64,000 bases of DNA, taken from IMG/VR virus record IMGVR_UViG_3300017987_000047; one strand, written 5' to 3'. Of this stretch, positions 39,097 through 48,655 are shown piece by piece. Within the stretch, counting starts at the first letter, position 1; every line of letters begins with the position of its first letter. The position numbers and the translations under genes were made by a program. The DNA is from a virus (taxonomy: Duplodnaviria > Heunggongvirae > Uroviricota > Caudoviricetes). The notes under the pieces are model-generated. The model did no database searches, was not told where the DNA came from, and saw only the letters and a program-made list of their open reading frames with translations.

Positions 39097-40590
39097 ATGG
39101 CCTCAAAAAAGCAAAAGAGAAAAAACCAATCTGGGGAATTAAGCCCAGAGAAGAGCGCAAGGCAGCTTGGTTTTGCGTCTTTTGCGGATTACCGTGAGTT
39201 TTGCCAGCGGCATCAAATCAAGCCAGGATTTTGGCCCGCCGATAGGATTAAGGCAATTCGAAAAGAAGAAGCACTAAAGAAGGCGGTCAAGCAAAAAAGA
39301 AAAGGCAGAAAAACAAAAAACGTTATCGAACAAATCTTTAGTGCTACAGCAACAAGCGAAATCGTTGACGCACATAAATTGAATACGGGGGCACTGCTTA
39401 AGTATAAGAAATCACTCGGGGCGCAGGCACAAAAAGACCTACTTGACTTTATCCTTTACCTTGATAAGAAGTCTAAGCTTGTTAACGAAGAGTATCTTCC
39501 CAGTCTTTTATTATTCTTTAAGTATAAGAAGTTTTGGATTTCTGAGTACGAGGGGTGGAAAGCGCCTTCTCATAATAAAGATAAGCAACTTAGCTCCCTA
39601 GCCCGGCACTTGTTTACAAAATATCCAATTCCCACTTTTATGGATAAAGCCTGGCAAGATGGGCTTAACTACTTCGACTTAAAGATAGAAAGCGAAGAAT
39701 ACCGAAAATATAGGGAATGGTTTATTGAGCTAGGAAATGGAAAGAATCTCAGAAAGCTTAACAACTTACCATTCCCAATAACGAAAAAAGTTGCCCACCA
39801 CTTCCTTAAAGCTCCTTCCCACTTTCGGATTATGGATGCTTTCCGTTGGGGGCAAGTCCATGCTTTAGGAGGGGATGGGAGGTTGGTAGGGTATTTGTTA
39901 GGCTCCTCCTTAAGACAAAATTACGCTCACCACGAATTTTGGGAAACGGTAATTAAGTTCTTTATCGATAATCCAATGCTTGATTACTCCCATGTCGGGC
40001 CTATTATTGATTACATTAAAAATCAAAAGTTTGAACAACAACAGACCTACGTTAATGGGCAATGGCAAACAGAACCACCACCGCAACCAAATTTCTGTAT
40101 GCGGGGCCGTAACCCAGAAACTTTATTGCGTCAAGTTGAGGGGTGGCACCGGGCCCTGCAGAAGTTAAAGGGCTCCCCAGACTCTTCTTGGGAACACTCT
40201 AACTTTAAGGACTATGAATATATAGAGAAAGCAGGAAAACAAAGAATTATCTGGAGAATTACTGAGTTATGTAATAAGAAAGAGCTTGCTGAAGAAGGGC
40301 GAAAAATGCACCACTGTGTTGGGTCCTACGCTTCTTCCTGTGCTAGACGCCGTGTCGGTATTTGGTCTCTCACGGGAGAAACGCGGGACTCAACCGAAAT
40401 GCATGAAAATAAACCGCCAGCTCCAGATATAAGCAGAACTAAACGTTTCGCAACAATTGAAGTCGATTTAGAAAATAAAACGATTGTTCAAGCACGGGGT
40501 AAATATAATGAAAAGGTTTCGGGGAAAGCTCGGAATATTATGACAAGGTGGGCTGGAGTTGAAAAGTTAAAAGTTGGAAGATACTTCTAA
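39097..40590 (+). CDS. PcfJ domain-containing protein
   Basis: C-terminal EGRKMHHCVGSY...TIEV...IVQARGKYN. Confidence 0.85.
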   Translation: MASKKQKRKNQSGELSPEKSARQLGFASFADYREFCQRHQIKPGFWPADRIKAIRKEEALKKAVKQKRKGRKTKNVIEQIFSATATSEIVDAHKLNTGALLKYKKSLGAQAQKDLLDFILYLDKKSKLVNEEYLPSLLLFFKYKKFWISEYEGWKAPSHNKDKQLSSLARHLFTKYPIPTFMDKAWQDGLNYFDLKIESEEYRKYREWFIELGNGKNLRKLNNLPFPITKKVAHHFLKAPSHFRIMDAFRWGQVHALGGDGRLVGYLLGSSLRQNYAHHEFWETVIKFFIDNPMLDYSHVGPIIDYIKNQKFEQQQTYVNGQWQTEPPPQPNFCMRGRNPETLLRQVEGWHRALQKLKGSPDSSWEHSNFKDYEYIEKAGKQRIIWRITELCNKKELAEEGRKMHHCVGSYASSCARRRVGIWSLTGETRDSTEMHENKPPAPDISRTKRFATIEVDLENKTIVQARGKYNEKVSGKARNIMTRWAGVEKLKVGRYF

Positions 40591-40667
40591 AGAAATAAAA
40601 AACCAACGATAATCAAAGAGATTTCCCCATATAAAATAAAGGAGATAAAAAACCCCAAGGGAGGAGA

Positions 40668-41042
40668 ATGCTTCGGATGGACGACGTATATGAATTACGG
40701 ATTATCTTTCGGGAAGAAACTAGAGTTGTAGCATGTTATTATCTGAAAGAGATTCCATCCGAAACTGAAGTATTTGCGATGACCTTAAGTTTCATAAGCA
40801 CTCTTTATTATGTGACCGAAATAAAGATGGGGATTAGCCGGGGCCTCTTTTCGGTTAAACGAAAAAGACAGGTGTTTAGTGAGGTCCCCGGCTGGTCTTT
40901 TTATCGGGTAGAAGGACGAAAGATAGCAGCACAGAGACATAAACAATTTTGTCCTATACCAAACCTAAAAGAATTCCTGACTCACAAAGCTCCGGCAGTA
41001 CGAAACACTACCAAAAAATATTTAAATTTTTCTAAAAAATAG
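40668..41042 (+). CDS. hypothetical protein
   Basis: GGAGG RBS; C-terminal FLTHKAPAVRNTTK. Confidence 0.65.
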   Translation: MLRMDDVYELRIIFREETRVVACYYLKEIPSETEVFAMTLSFISTLYYVTEIKMGISRGLFSVKRKRQVFSEVPGWSFYRVEGRKIAAQRHKQFCPIPNLKEFLTHKAPAVRNTTKKYLNFSKK

Positions 41043-41472
41043 AACGGAAGAAAGGAGTATTACTAAGTATGAATGCCAGAGGACCTCCGATTGGTTATTA
41101 AAGACCGACAGGAAAAACTAATGATGGCTCGATATCGAGCGGTGATTTCCTTATGGTTATTTCCCCTGCGGTATCAGCACGAAGATCTTAAGGTTAGTTT
41201 GTAGCAACCTTGTTGACTACCTTAGGGCTGCGAAAACGCTACAAAAGGCAACAACTAAAATGGAGAGTTAGCGATGCCTTAGGAAAGACTAGAACGAAGA
41301 CAAAGACAGAGGACAGTAAAAAATAATTGATGTGGCAAGGACGTGAAAACCTCGCTTGTTGCATACTAAATCTCGGGGTTCTTGAAGTATATAAGGGCCC
41401 GCCATATAAAGTAAGTGTATAAAAAGTAACGTTCGAAAAAACCGGCCTCACCTCATAGGGGTGGGGCCACTT

Positions 41473-41555
41473 GCCGGGGTGGCGAAATTGGCAGACGCGA
41501 CAGATTTAAGATCTGTTTCCCTTTGGGAGTGAGGGTTCAAATCCCTCCCCCGGCA
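41473..41555 (+). tRNA. tRNA-Leu(UAA)
   Basis: GCCGGGG/CCCCGGC acceptor, ACAGA-TTTAAGA-TCTGT anticodon arm, long variable arm, TTCAAAT T-loop, A73; CCA not encoded. Confidence 0.95.
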
Positions 41556-41564
41556 TGTGAATAA

Positions 41565-41819
<255 letters not shown>

Positions 41820-41831
<12 letters not shown>

Positions 41832-42686
41832 CTTAAATTTATTTGGATTATGTTCTTCTCTATGGCAATTCCCACAAAGAAGAATACATTTTTCTAATTC
41901 TTTTCCCAACTTTGCTTTATTTTTATAATTACCAAGCAAGATGTTAATTTCTGAATCTTTTTCTCCATTATGGTGAAATTCTAAAATAGTTTTATTTACA
42001 GGCTTTAACCCACATTTGGAACATTTATTCCCAAGCTTGATTAAGGCTTCTTCTCTTATTTGTAACCTTCTAATTTTGCTTTGTAAATGAACTCTCTTAT
42101 TATCTGTTTTTCTTTTACATTCTTTCGAACAAAATTTGCTTCTAGCTTTAGGAAGTTTTACACCACAACAAACACATTTACCTTTTTCTTGGAAATATAG
42201 AGAATTCAGTTCCTCCTTAAGAAGTGCCCCTAGTTTTCCGGAGTGTATATTTCGATGACAATTTACGCAAGCTAAAATACACTTCTCCAACTCCTTTAAG
42301 AGAATTTCTCTTTTTCTATCTAATTTATCTGCGGACAGATTGAATTTTTTGCCTCCCCCTTCTTTATGGTGAAATTCTAACGCAGCGTAATTTTTATCGT
42401 AACCACAAATAGAACATTTTCCCCCTAAAATGTTAATTAGCTCTATCCTTTTTTCCAAACGCCGCTTATTTTGATGGTCAACTATTTTTCTTAGGTTCCT
42501 TTTATTAGATAATTTCATCCGGCACTTTTCGGAGCAATATTTTCGTTGCTGCCCTTTTAGGGCTTTACCACAAACTAAGCAGTTTGTAGCTTTACAAAAA
42601 TCACAAATTTTTCGATACGAGGTTTTCCACCCCTCGGTAATAAATATTTGATTACAAGAAGTACATTTTCTTTTATATTTTTTCAT
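41820..42686 (-). CDS. HNH endonuclease with two tandem Zn-finger+HNH modules
   Basis: Twice CxxC...YCS..C then CxxCG...LEFHH...ELEKCIL.CxNCH; stop codon lies inside the tRNA-Arg 3' end; RBS before ATG 42686. Confidence 0.88.
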
Positions 42687-42751
42687 GATTCCCCTTCCTT
42701 CTAAAAAAGATAGAGTCATAAAATATTAACCGGAACATACCGGGTGTGCTT
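41821..42751. mobile_element. HNH cassette bounded by 14-bp direct repeats of the tRNA-Arg 3' end
   Basis: TACCGGGTGTGCTT at 41821-41834 and 42738-42751. Confidence 0.7.
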
Positions 42752-42914
42752 CGCGTACGTGTTTGCTCTCGGGAGTTTCCCGAAAAATCTCTTTTATAGA
42801 CATACTTCGTAACTTTTACCCCTTGGGGTAAAAAATTGTGTGTCTATTATATTATTTTATCTATAAAAGATAAAATTGAGGAAACTTCGACGGCAAACAC
42901 GTATAACAACTTTA

Positions 42915-42979
42915 GGTAGGCTATGATCAAGCTTCCTTCTACAATCTTTAAATGACTTTAGCTTGGTCGCTTCCCTACC
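42915..42979 (+). ncRNA. structured repeat RNA, unit 1
   Basis: GGTAGG-CTAT-GATCAAGCT-TCCTTCTA-loop-AGCTTGGTC-GCTTC-CCTACC. Confidence 0.7.
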
Positions 42980-42997
42980 CATAAACCTATCATTTTT

Positions 42998-43073
42998 AAG
43001 TGCAGGCTATGAGTGGTCTTCCTTCTAAATTTCACTCAATGAAGAAAATTAGGCCATTCGCTTTCCTGCACTT
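42998..43073 (+). ncRNA. structured repeat RNA, unit 2
   Basis: AAGTGCAGG-CTAT-GAGTGGTCT-TCCTTCTA-loop-AGGCCATTC-GCTTT-CCTGCACTT. Confidence 0.7.
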
Positions 43074-43083
43074 TTCAATTTTC

Positions 43084-43162
43084 GAGGGCTATGGATAAGC
43101 TTCCTTCTACTACTTAACTCAGCCGCAAGGCTGAATTCATACTTAGCTTTCCGCTTTCCCTC
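43084..43162 (+). ncRNA. structured repeat RNA, unit 3
   Basis: GAGGG-CTAT-GGATAAGCT-TCCTTCTA-loop with TCAGCC-GCAA-GGCTGA-AGCTTTCC-GCTTT-CCCTC. Confidence 0.7.
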
Positions 43163-43186
43163 AACAAAAAAACCCAAGAGGAGTTA

Positions 43187-45355
43187 ATGATGTTGAAGCA
43201 AATTATCAAAAAGACTTTTCGTGTTCCTGTTACTACAAACTCCCCAGGCAAAGGATCAACGTTGGCGAGACAACTTGATGTTGCCTTGATGGGAAACGGC
43301 TTTAAACTCTCTGGACAACTCCTTGAATATTTAAGCGACCTACATCCCTCTTCCGTAAAAGGGATTGCAAAGTATATCCTCGACGCAGCAAAAGAATTAG
43401 TTGGAGGACATGTTAAGCACAATTCTTATTTTAAGTCTTTCCCCAATAATATTCCGGATACAGAACAATTCTGGTTGGAGTGCATTATTAATGCTCTCTA
43501 TACCCCGGAAAGCGCCGCCAAGGTTTCTTTTCAGCTAGAAACTGGGGTAGTTAATCTTCTTGATCTACCAACGTATGGACGCTACCAGCATACCTACGAG
43601 GAAATGTTGGAAGCACACGAGCAATTAATCGATTCTGCAAAAAATAAAATAAAGGTTCTCCATTTAGGGAAAGAATTAGCGGAGGAAACGGTTGCTCTAT
43701 ATCACTCGCTTGCGGGAAGCCGAATCCCATTAAATGAGGAAGATCGCGCTTTGTTAGCAGAGCTAGCTGAATGTTGTATCGATGATGAACAGCCAGAACA
43801 AATCCCGATTCGGGAAAACAAGGCGATTGTTAATAAAATTCGTATTGAGAATGCCCACGCAATTCTAGCAGACACTCCAACTGATGTTCTTCGTCTGGCG
43901 AGTTATTTGTCGGGGAATGATTCCACCTTGGATACAAAGCCTCGCTTTATTTCATTCCCAAAGAAAACGCGGCGGGTTCTTTTGGCGGCACTAAATCAGA
44001 TTGTCGACGAAAACCCAGCTAAGCTAGAAGAAGTCGTTCGTTATTCCGGGTATTGGAAACGGCTCGGAGAATTTCTCCACCCACGGGAATACGCAAACCG
44101 CTACGACAAGGCACAAGATATTTTTGCGATTGCTCGAGGGGATAAAAGGGTAAAGACCCACGCGGCGAAGGTAGAACTCGCTTTCATTAATAACGAGATT
44201 GCAAAAGCAGTTAAGTTATTAGAGCAAAAGCCGGGCGTATTTATCCGTAGCCTTGATCGGATCCTAAGGTCTGGGAAAGCACCAATTGTTCTGGGGAATA
44301 GCCTTACCTCTAGTATTGAACGGGTTTCTACCCGCGTAATTCTCTCTGTTCGGGAGCATCTAGCTAACCGGATTAAGGGAAATGTATCAAAACGCATTTT
44401 TGCGAATAGCAAAGGAACTGCCTGGACCGTCGCGGAAGACCGTGAACCCCTTCCAAAGATTGCGACGAAAAAGGTTATCGATATTCTCGATAAAGAAATT
44501 GTGCGGCGGATGCCAGTTCACAAGCACTTAGTTGTTGATGAAAAGGTGCTTAACCTAGCAATTCCGCTTAGCGATAAAGCAAAATCTACAGGATTTAATA
44601 TCTTGCCCCGTGGGTCTTTAATGCCCGCTCCGGAAGAAATCCTGCGCTTTTTCATCTATTGGAAGCAAAAGCAACACAGAACGGATTTTGATCTTTCAGC
44701 TATTGCGTTGGATGAGAATTTCAATAGTTGCTTCCATCTCTCGTATACACATCTTTCGCATGGGGAACACGTCCATAGTGGCGACATTACGGAAGCACCA
44801 AGAGGGGCGTCCGAATTTATTGATGTCAAGTTGCCCTCGCTTTCAGCACAGTGCAAATATATTGTGCCACAAATTTATGTCTACTCCGGAGAGGGGTTCG
44901 ATGAAGTAGAAGAATCCTTCTTTGGGTACATGGCCCGAACCCAAGCTGAGATGGGCAGGCCATTTGAAGCAAAAACAGTTCAGGCTAAGTCCGATTTACG
45001 TGGACCCAACAAGGTTGCAATCCCATTGATCTTCGTTAAGAACGAGGATGGTTCCTGGGAAGCCAAGTGGGCTCATCTCTTTATCAAAGGACATGCTCGC
45101 TTTAATCGCGTAGAAGAAAATAAGGATACGGTTGGGAGCTTCGTACAAGCCATTGTCGAAAAAGAATACCTCAAGGTTGGGTATCTCTTTGATCTTGCAG
45201 CTAGTGCTAAGGCAGAGAAGTACTCTAAGTATCAAAAAGGTAAGGTTTACGAAGAGCCCATTACTTTTGTAGGTATAGAGGCCCCTGAAAACCTCCCGGA
45301 AGGTTCTAAAATAATTACGCTATCTAACCTTCATGAGTTCCTTCCGGAGGAATAA
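43187..45355 (+). CDS. helical TROVE/ROT-like repeat protein with C-terminal TerD-like domain (MXAN_6230/SCO0854-like, no RING)
   Basis: TPTDVLRL, WKRLGEFLHP, PGVFIRSLD; TerD-like DFDLSA...SGDITEAPRGASEFIDV; family assignment is from memory. Confidence 0.7.
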   Translation: MMLKQIIKKTFRVPVTTNSPGKGSTLARQLDVALMGNGFKLSGQLLEYLSDLHPSSVKGIAKYILDAAKELVGGHVKHNSYFKSFPNNIPDTEQFWLECIINALYTPESAAKVSFQLETGVVNLLDLPTYGRYQHTYEEMLEAHEQLIDSAKNKIKVLHLGKELAEETVALYHSLAGSRIPLNEEDRALLAELAECCIDDEQPEQIPIRENKAIVNKIRIENAHAILADTPTDVLRLASYLSGNDSTLDTKPRFISFPKKTRRVLLAALNQIVDENPAKLEEVVRYSGYWKRLGEFLHPREYANRYDKAQDIFAIARGDKRVKTHAAKVELAFINNEIAKAVKLLEQKPGVFIRSLDRILRSGKAPIVLGNSLTSSIERVSTRVILSVREHLANRIKGNVSKRIFANSKGTAWTVAEDREPLPKIATKKVIDILDKEIVRRMPVHKHLVVDEKVLNLAIPLSDKAKSTGFNILPRGSLMPAPEEILRFFIYWKQKQHRTDFDLSAIALDENFNSCFHLSYTHLSHGEHVHSGDITEAPRGASEFIDVKLPSLSAQCKYIVPQIYVYSGEGFDEVEESFFGYMARTQAEMGRPFEAKTVQAKSDLRGPNKVAIPLIFVKNEDGSWEAKWAHLFIKGHARFNRVEENKDTVGSFVQAIVEKEYLKVGYLFDLAASAKAEKYSKYQKGKVYEEPITFVGIEAPENLPEGSKIITLSNLHEFLPEE

Positions 45356-45358
45356 ATA

Positions 45359-45886
45359 ATGGGGTATGAACTAAATCTCTACGTTGGGGAATTTTCCCTT
45401 GATTACCTAAAGACCCCAGCCCTTCTCTGCCGACCTTTTGGTTTAATAGACCTTTGCAAAATTGGAATGTCGGAAATCTCGAAGCTCAATAATCTTCGTA
45501 AGGAAAAACCTCTAACCCAGCTTCAAGCATTTCTGTATGCTGAAGACGGGAATACGAAAATATTCGAAGATCCTATTGGAGAACCTCTTCGGGTTTGTAC
45601 TTTCACTGAAACTCTTGCAGCACTAAAGACAGATGCTTCGCGTTCCAGCTATAGACGGTTCTCATGGGCTTTGGATTTATTAAGAGGAATTGAAAAAACA
45701 GAATTCGTCCCAGCCCTAACGTCCCAGCAACCCGAAATCAGAGCTTACGCAAAAAAACATTTCGAATTGCTTAAAAAGCTTGAACGAGATGGCGTGCGTT
45801 CAACCGCAATTCGGGAATTCCCTGCAGACAAAGAAAAATATATATTTGATATTCGTTGCGTTGGAGTGCTCCTTTTTGGGCACTAG
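45359..45886 (+). CDS. hypothetical protein
   Basis: 175-aa ORF; ALTSQQPEIRAYAK. Confidence 0.65.
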   Translation: MGYELNLYVGEFSLDYLKTPALLCRPFGLIDLCKIGMSEISKLNNLRKEKPLTQLQAFLYAEDGNTKIFEDPIGEPLRVCTFTETLAALKTDASRSSYRRFSWALDLLRGIEKTEFVPALTSQQPEIRAYAKKHFELLKKLERDGVRSTAIREFPADKEKYIFDIRCVGVLLFGH

Positions 45887-45915
45887 TTATTTCGTTTCCG
45901 GATTGGAGAAAACAA

Positions 45916-46221
45916 ATGGATACGACAACCTCGATTTCGCATGAAGAGTATCTTGAGATGGCCAGCCTTTTCCGCACACGCTTGCGTAATTGGGATAAAA
46001 CCCAACGCGAGTTGAAGCGGAAAGGGAATTCTGCCCGTTCAGAATTGTTTCAGAACCGGTATCGAATCTCTGCTCTGCTCAACTATTACCTCGCTTGGCG
46101 TGGGGTTGAGCCGAAACATGGGGTGCGTGAGAACTATTTCGCGTGCTGGATTTACCGGGAAGAGACAGAGAAACTAATGAAGGAATTCGGCGAGCCGAAG
46201 CCGAAGACCAGGGATTCCTAA
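45916..46221 (+). CDS. hypothetical protein
   Basis: GGAG RBS before ATG 45916. Confidence 0.6.
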   Translation: MDTTTSISHEEYLEMASLFRTRLRNWDKTQRELKRKGNSARSELFQNRYRISALLNYYLAWRGVEPKHGVRENYFACWIYREETEKLMKEFGEPKPKTRDS

Positions 46222-46230
46222 ATCCTGGTT

Positions 46231-46323
46231 GGGGGACTAGCTCAATTGGTAGAGCAGCGGGTTTATGCCCCGTGTTAGTGTCTGATAAACACAAGGTTCT
46301 GGGTTCGAGTCCCAGGTCCCTCA
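46231..46323 (+). tRNA. atypical 93-nt tRNA, anticodon UAU, long extra arm
   Basis: GGGGGAC/GTCCCTC acceptor, GCTC/GAGC D stem, GCGGG-TTTATGC-CCCGT, 25-nt variable region, CTGGG-TTCGAGT-CCCAG. Confidence 0.85.
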
Positions 46324-46337
46324 TAAGAAAAAGAAAA

Positions 46338-46730
46338 ATGGAAGCGGTCTGGATGGCGGAGCTAGAAGCTACTGGGAAATTTAAGATCTCCCGTATGCGG
46401 CATTTTAAGAAAGATCCCTCCATGCGCGAACTAGCTCTTTGGGCACTTCAAGAAGTCGAAAGATCTATACAGCATGACAAAATTTTAGACGTCTTTAATT
46501 TCCGAATACACCGCGATGTAAATAGCTATAAACCATTCTGTACAGATTTTTACATCGCCACGTCTGTTGGTTATGTTGAAGTCTCCGTAAAGAAAAAGAA
46601 ATGGGAAGTATTTGATAACCTGCCTTGTGAAGCTTATCTCACCGGCGAGGGCCAACAAACAAGAGGGATCGCAAAGAAAATTAGGGAGAAGAAAATCCTT
46701 AACATTTCAAACGAACAATTAGAAGGATAG
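46338..46730 (+). CDS. hypothetical protein
   Basis: ATG just after the tRNA; YLTGEGQQTRGIAK. Confidence 0.6.
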   Translation: MEAVWMAELEATGKFKISRMRHFKKDPSMRELALWALQEVERSIQHDKILDVFNFRIHRDVNSYKPFCTDFYIATSVGYVEVSVKKKKWEVFDNLPCEAYLTGEGQQTRGIAKKIREKKILNISNEQLEG

Positions 46731-46734
46731 CTCC

Positions 46735-46992
46735 ATGTCTGTGGAATTAATCAGGATTAGCGTTAATGCAGGAAGGGAACTTGAGCAAAAAATTGAAGCT
46801 CTAGTTTCAATGACTGCCTTTTCTTTATTAGAAGAATATGGGGATTCTCTTCCAGAGGGTGCGCACAGTTCTCTTATTGAGACTTTTTCAAACTTAAAAG
46901 CCGAAGTGAATGACGCCGTTGATCACCAACTTCGGGAACAGAGACAACAGCTTGAAGAGTTATGGAAAACCCAGATAAAGAAAGAGGATTAA
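46735..46992 (+). CDS. hypothetical helical protein
   Basis: 85-aa ORF. Confidence 0.55.
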   Translation: MSVELIRISVNAGRELEQKIEALVSMTAFSLLEEYGDSLPEGAHSSLIETFSNLKAEVNDAVDHQLREQRQQLEELWKTQIKKED

Positions 46993-47192
46993 AGGTGTCT
47001 TTAACAATCAAAGACCTAATAAAGGCGTTTGAGAAGGGGTGGTCAGCCCACGTAGAAAGCCAGCAAACTAGTTATTATGGAGTTACGCCTCCACACCCAA
47101 GCGATTTAGCATCAGATGTATTCGACCGATTTATCCGAGACAAATATCCAGATTTAGTAGCTGAATGGGAAAAAACCGTAAGAGAAGAATAA
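46962..47192 (+). CDS. hypothetical protein
   Basis: Short ORF; start uncertain. Confidence 0.45.
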   Translation: MENPDKERGLKVSLTIKDLIKAFEKGWSAHVESQQTSYYGVTPPHPSDLASDVFDRFIRDKYPDLVAEWEKTVREE

Positions 47193-47219
47193 TTTCACTT
47201 TTTGAAAAGGCGAAAGCAC

Positions 47220-48269
47220 ATGTTTAGTTTTAAAGTTTTGGGGAACAGAGTTAGTCTTGGCGACCATTTTTCGTTTTCAATTGAACGTACCCTACGTATT
47301 CCAGATGATGGTAAAGTTTATCCCCTTCCCCCAAGTTGCGGATCTTTCCCTATTTTTAAGGTTGAAGATTACCAAGATAGGGTACCCGCACATTGGGTAG
47401 AGCACGGTGGGATTTTCTTTCCGATGTACCAGCGAGAAGCTGCCTGGTTAAGTTTTAATGGAAGCTACGAAGTTCCTGTTGCAGTAATAGTTGCAGCGGG
47501 CAAGGTTTGTGCTGTCTCTGGTAAGCCTTGGTCCGGGGAACTTAATGCCGATCCGCAAAATTATTGTGTGGCAGGGGGGACCGACCCACAACATTGGATC
47601 GATGGCTTTAAAACAGAAGATGGTTCGGTTTCTCAATTTGCAGCAATGCCCCTAGGAATGGGGTATACCGTCGAGAAGCAGATTACCGGGGAAGAAAAAC
47701 ACGGCGGGATGCAGCTTCAGGTTTTTGAAATTAAAGAGGAGCACCGCAGGAAGCGCCCTATAACTCGTTCAAGAGGGCTAAGACTTGAAAGCGAAGGACT
47801 TGAAAGCTTTGGGGGTCAAATGCTTGCCTGTTGTGCGGCTTCTTTTGGAAGCCCAGAGGCTAGTCTAAGTAGCGCCGGAGCTGAAATGGGCCTTGGGGCA
47901 GGAGGCTCAATCGAACAAGCAATCAAAAAAGATCCCTATGGGGTCGACAAGTTCGACACAACCAAAACTGGAAAACTTTTTATCCATATCGTAAACTCTG
48001 TAATGTTCAAACAAATTACCGGACAGGCTCCACCAGACACTCCAATTGATGCTGCTTCTTATACTCGTCAAGGGTATCCTTGGTTCTCAACATACGAAGA
48101 GGACGCAGGAAAAGATATTAAACCACAGGAGGAGCTAGCCGAAATAAAGACGATTGCTGAAATTGATCAGCTAAAAGAAATTACTGGCCAGCAAAACGAC
48201 TCAACGATCCCGATTCACGGAAACCAGGTCAAGCAAATTGGGAAAGACCCCAAAGGTGGAGAATGCTAA
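47220..48269 (+). CDS. conserved hypothetical protein
   Basis: RTLRIPDDGKVYPLPP, PMYQREA, AMPLGMGYTVE.QITG resemble a widespread uncharacterised family (from memory). Confidence 0.75.
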   Translation: MFSFKVLGNRVSLGDHFSFSIERTLRIPDDGKVYPLPPSCGSFPIFKVEDYQDRVPAHWVEHGGIFFPMYQREAAWLSFNGSYEVPVAVIVAAGKVCAVSGKPWSGELNADPQNYCVAGGTDPQHWIDGFKTEDGSVSQFAAMPLGMGYTVEKQITGEEKHGGMQLQVFEIKEEHRRKRPITRSRGLRLESEGLESFGGQMLACCAASFGSPEASLSSAGAEMGLGAGGSIEQAIKKDPYGVDKFDTTKTGKLFIHIVNSVMFKQITGQAPPDTPIDAASYTRQGYPWFSTYEEDAGKDIKPQEELAEIKTIAEIDQLKEITGQQNDSTIPIHGNQVKQIGKDPKGGEC

Positions 48270-48503
48270 ATGAAGAAGGAACAGGGGAACTTTCAAGCTC
48301 GGGACGAAGAAGGAGGTCTAAGTTACTTTGACACTTTCAGGGAAGCTTACGATTTCGCGAAAAAAAATCCTGAGGTTTGGAAAATTAGTTTTGTCATCGG
48401 GCCCGATCGCATTCGTCTTGTCCGGGGAGTAAACGAACAATTTGTCCTCGAACAATTCTCAGATATGTTAGCGGAGATGGACTCTGAGAAGCAAATCAGC
48501 TAA
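48270..48503 (+). CDS. hypothetical protein
   Basis: 77-aa ORF directly after previous stop. Confidence 0.6.
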   Translation: MKKEQGNFQARDEEGGLSYFDTFREAYDFAKKNPEVWKISFVIGPDRIRLVRGVNEQFVLEQFSDMLAEMDSEKQIS

Positions 48504-48522
48504 GGAAACAACAGCGAAAAGC

Positions 48523-48550
48523 AGGCCCCGATTTAGGGGTCTTCTTTTTT
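48523..48550 (+). terminator. intrinsic terminator
   Basis: AGGCCCC-GATTTA-GGGGTCT then TCTTTTTT. Confidence 0.7.
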
Positions 48551-48655
48551 AGTTCAAAAAAAATAAAGTCTAATTCAATCGTTTATCATATAAAATTCAT
48601 TTTATATTTAAAAGCAGTCCATGGCAAGCAGTTTTATACGCACAAGGAAGAACCA

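Noticed and set aside
41043-41472. tmRNA or RNase P RNA
   Set aside because: No tRNA-Ala-like ends, tag reading frame or RNase P conserved elements were found.
42915-43162. CRISPR array
   Set aside because: There is no identical repeat with unique spacers; the conserved parts are short motifs inside covarying stems, and no cas genes are present.
46143-46337. N-terminal extension of ORF 46143..46730
   Set aside because: It runs through the tRNA gene; ATG 46338 is the more plausible start.
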